Assembly: GCA_964016885.1 (NCBI GenBank)
Contig: OZ024742.1
Coordinates: forward strand, 174,840,001 to 174,904,000
Direction of reading: 5' to 3'
From: Eledone cirrhosa
Taxonomy: Eukaryota
Length of the DNA stretch: 64,000 nt
The notes under the pieces were generated by a model that did not search any database, was not told the origin of the DNA, and saw nothing but the letters and a program-made list of their open reading frames with translations. The position numbers and the translations under genes are program-made. Shown in pieces: positions 63,020-64,000 of the stretch. Every line of letters begins with the position of its first letter. Position 1 is the first letter of the stretch.

Positions 63020-64000
63020 AGTTGTGCACGGTTAAATGGTAGTAGACGTGGTCGGACGGACATGAAAAATTACACACCTATGTAAAAATTGCCAAGGAAG
63101 CAAATAGACGAAGTTTCAAATCTCTTTAACTTGAAAAATGTGGTCCCTAGAGCCCCAAAACGGTCTATTTACTATCGGTTTCGGTGAGTTATTCCTCCCT
63201 GTTCTAATACTTGGATGAGTTATTTTCCGTAATCGCTTTCAATATTCATTGTATTATTTACAATTTCATACAAATTTTTAAACTCATCAATTTCTTTCAT
63301 AACATATCAAACACAACGTTCTTTCGCTGTTAACATACAGTACCGTTTTATGAAATCGATTCTGCAGTACCATTTTACGAAATGCCAAACCGAAAACGGT
63401 CACTGTTTTCCATCAAAAGAAATAAAACCCTTAAATTGCGAAGAAGGGACGCATGTTCTCAGGTACGTTTTTTCCGATATCATTTTTATTTTAATTCTAA
63501 TACATGTTAACCACCACTAACAGTAAGTAGTATTTTTCAAAGTCAAATGAAAAGTTTAAAGAATACATGCATGTAAACTTAATGAATGGGATCTATAACC
63601 CTTTGTGTTTCCGAGTTAATTCATTCAGTTTTTTTTTAATATCAATTGTAAACTTAATGAATGGGATCTATAAGCCCTTTGGTTGCCGAGTTAATTAATT
63701 CAGTTTTTTTTTTAATATTCTTTGTCTTATTTAAAATAACATATCAAAGACAACGTTATTTCGCTGTTAATAAACTGTTGCCTTCTACAGTACGTTTCAT
63801 TTTCATTTTTCAATTACAGTTGCTCTATATTAAATTTAAATACTTCTATAACGATCATACAGTACCGTTTTAGGAAATCGATTCTGCAGTAGAATTTTAC
63901 GAAATGCCAAACCGAAAAAGGTCACTGTTTTCTAACAAAAGAAATAAAACCCTTACATTGTGAACCCCCTGTTCTAATACTGGGGTTAGTTATTTCCCCC
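63020..64000. mobile_element. CpG-rich unclassified repeat with internal direct duplications (runs off the window)
   Basis: ~63335-63437 recurs at ~63856-63958, ~63573-63645 recurs at ~63647-63718, and ~63197-63228 recurs at ~63967-63998. Start has ggacggacatgaaaattt-like text seen in Helitron/Helentron-derived elements. Confidence 0.5.

Overview
AT-rich, CpG-depleted, microsatellite-rich eukaryotic DNA. Its repeat families (tRNA-derived SINEs, RTE LINEs with (CAT)n tails, Penelope-like elements) resemble those of coleoid cephalopods, probably Octopus; this assignment is inference. I found no intact host protein-coding gene, rRNA, true tRNA or CRISPR array. The window is a transposon graveyard with several RTE-clade LINE copies, a Penelope-like element with a C-terminal GIY-YIG nuclease, a deleted mariner, a non-autonomous Helitron, TTAA-bounded MITEs, at least three SINE types, solo-LTR-like units and several minisatellites. 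The most notable observations are: a PHD-type C4HC3 finger inside the RTE reverse transcriptase, conserved in independent copies; a ~390 bp near-perfect palindrome and a tandem-plus-inverted unit around the Penelope element; a minisatellite derived from a SINE A-box head; an unclassified ancient three-copy repeat; a decayed hammerhead motif; and splice-site-bounded, stop-interrupted exon-like segments that may be a decayed gene or lncRNA. All coordinates and alignments were read by eye, so the ends of old elements are approximate.
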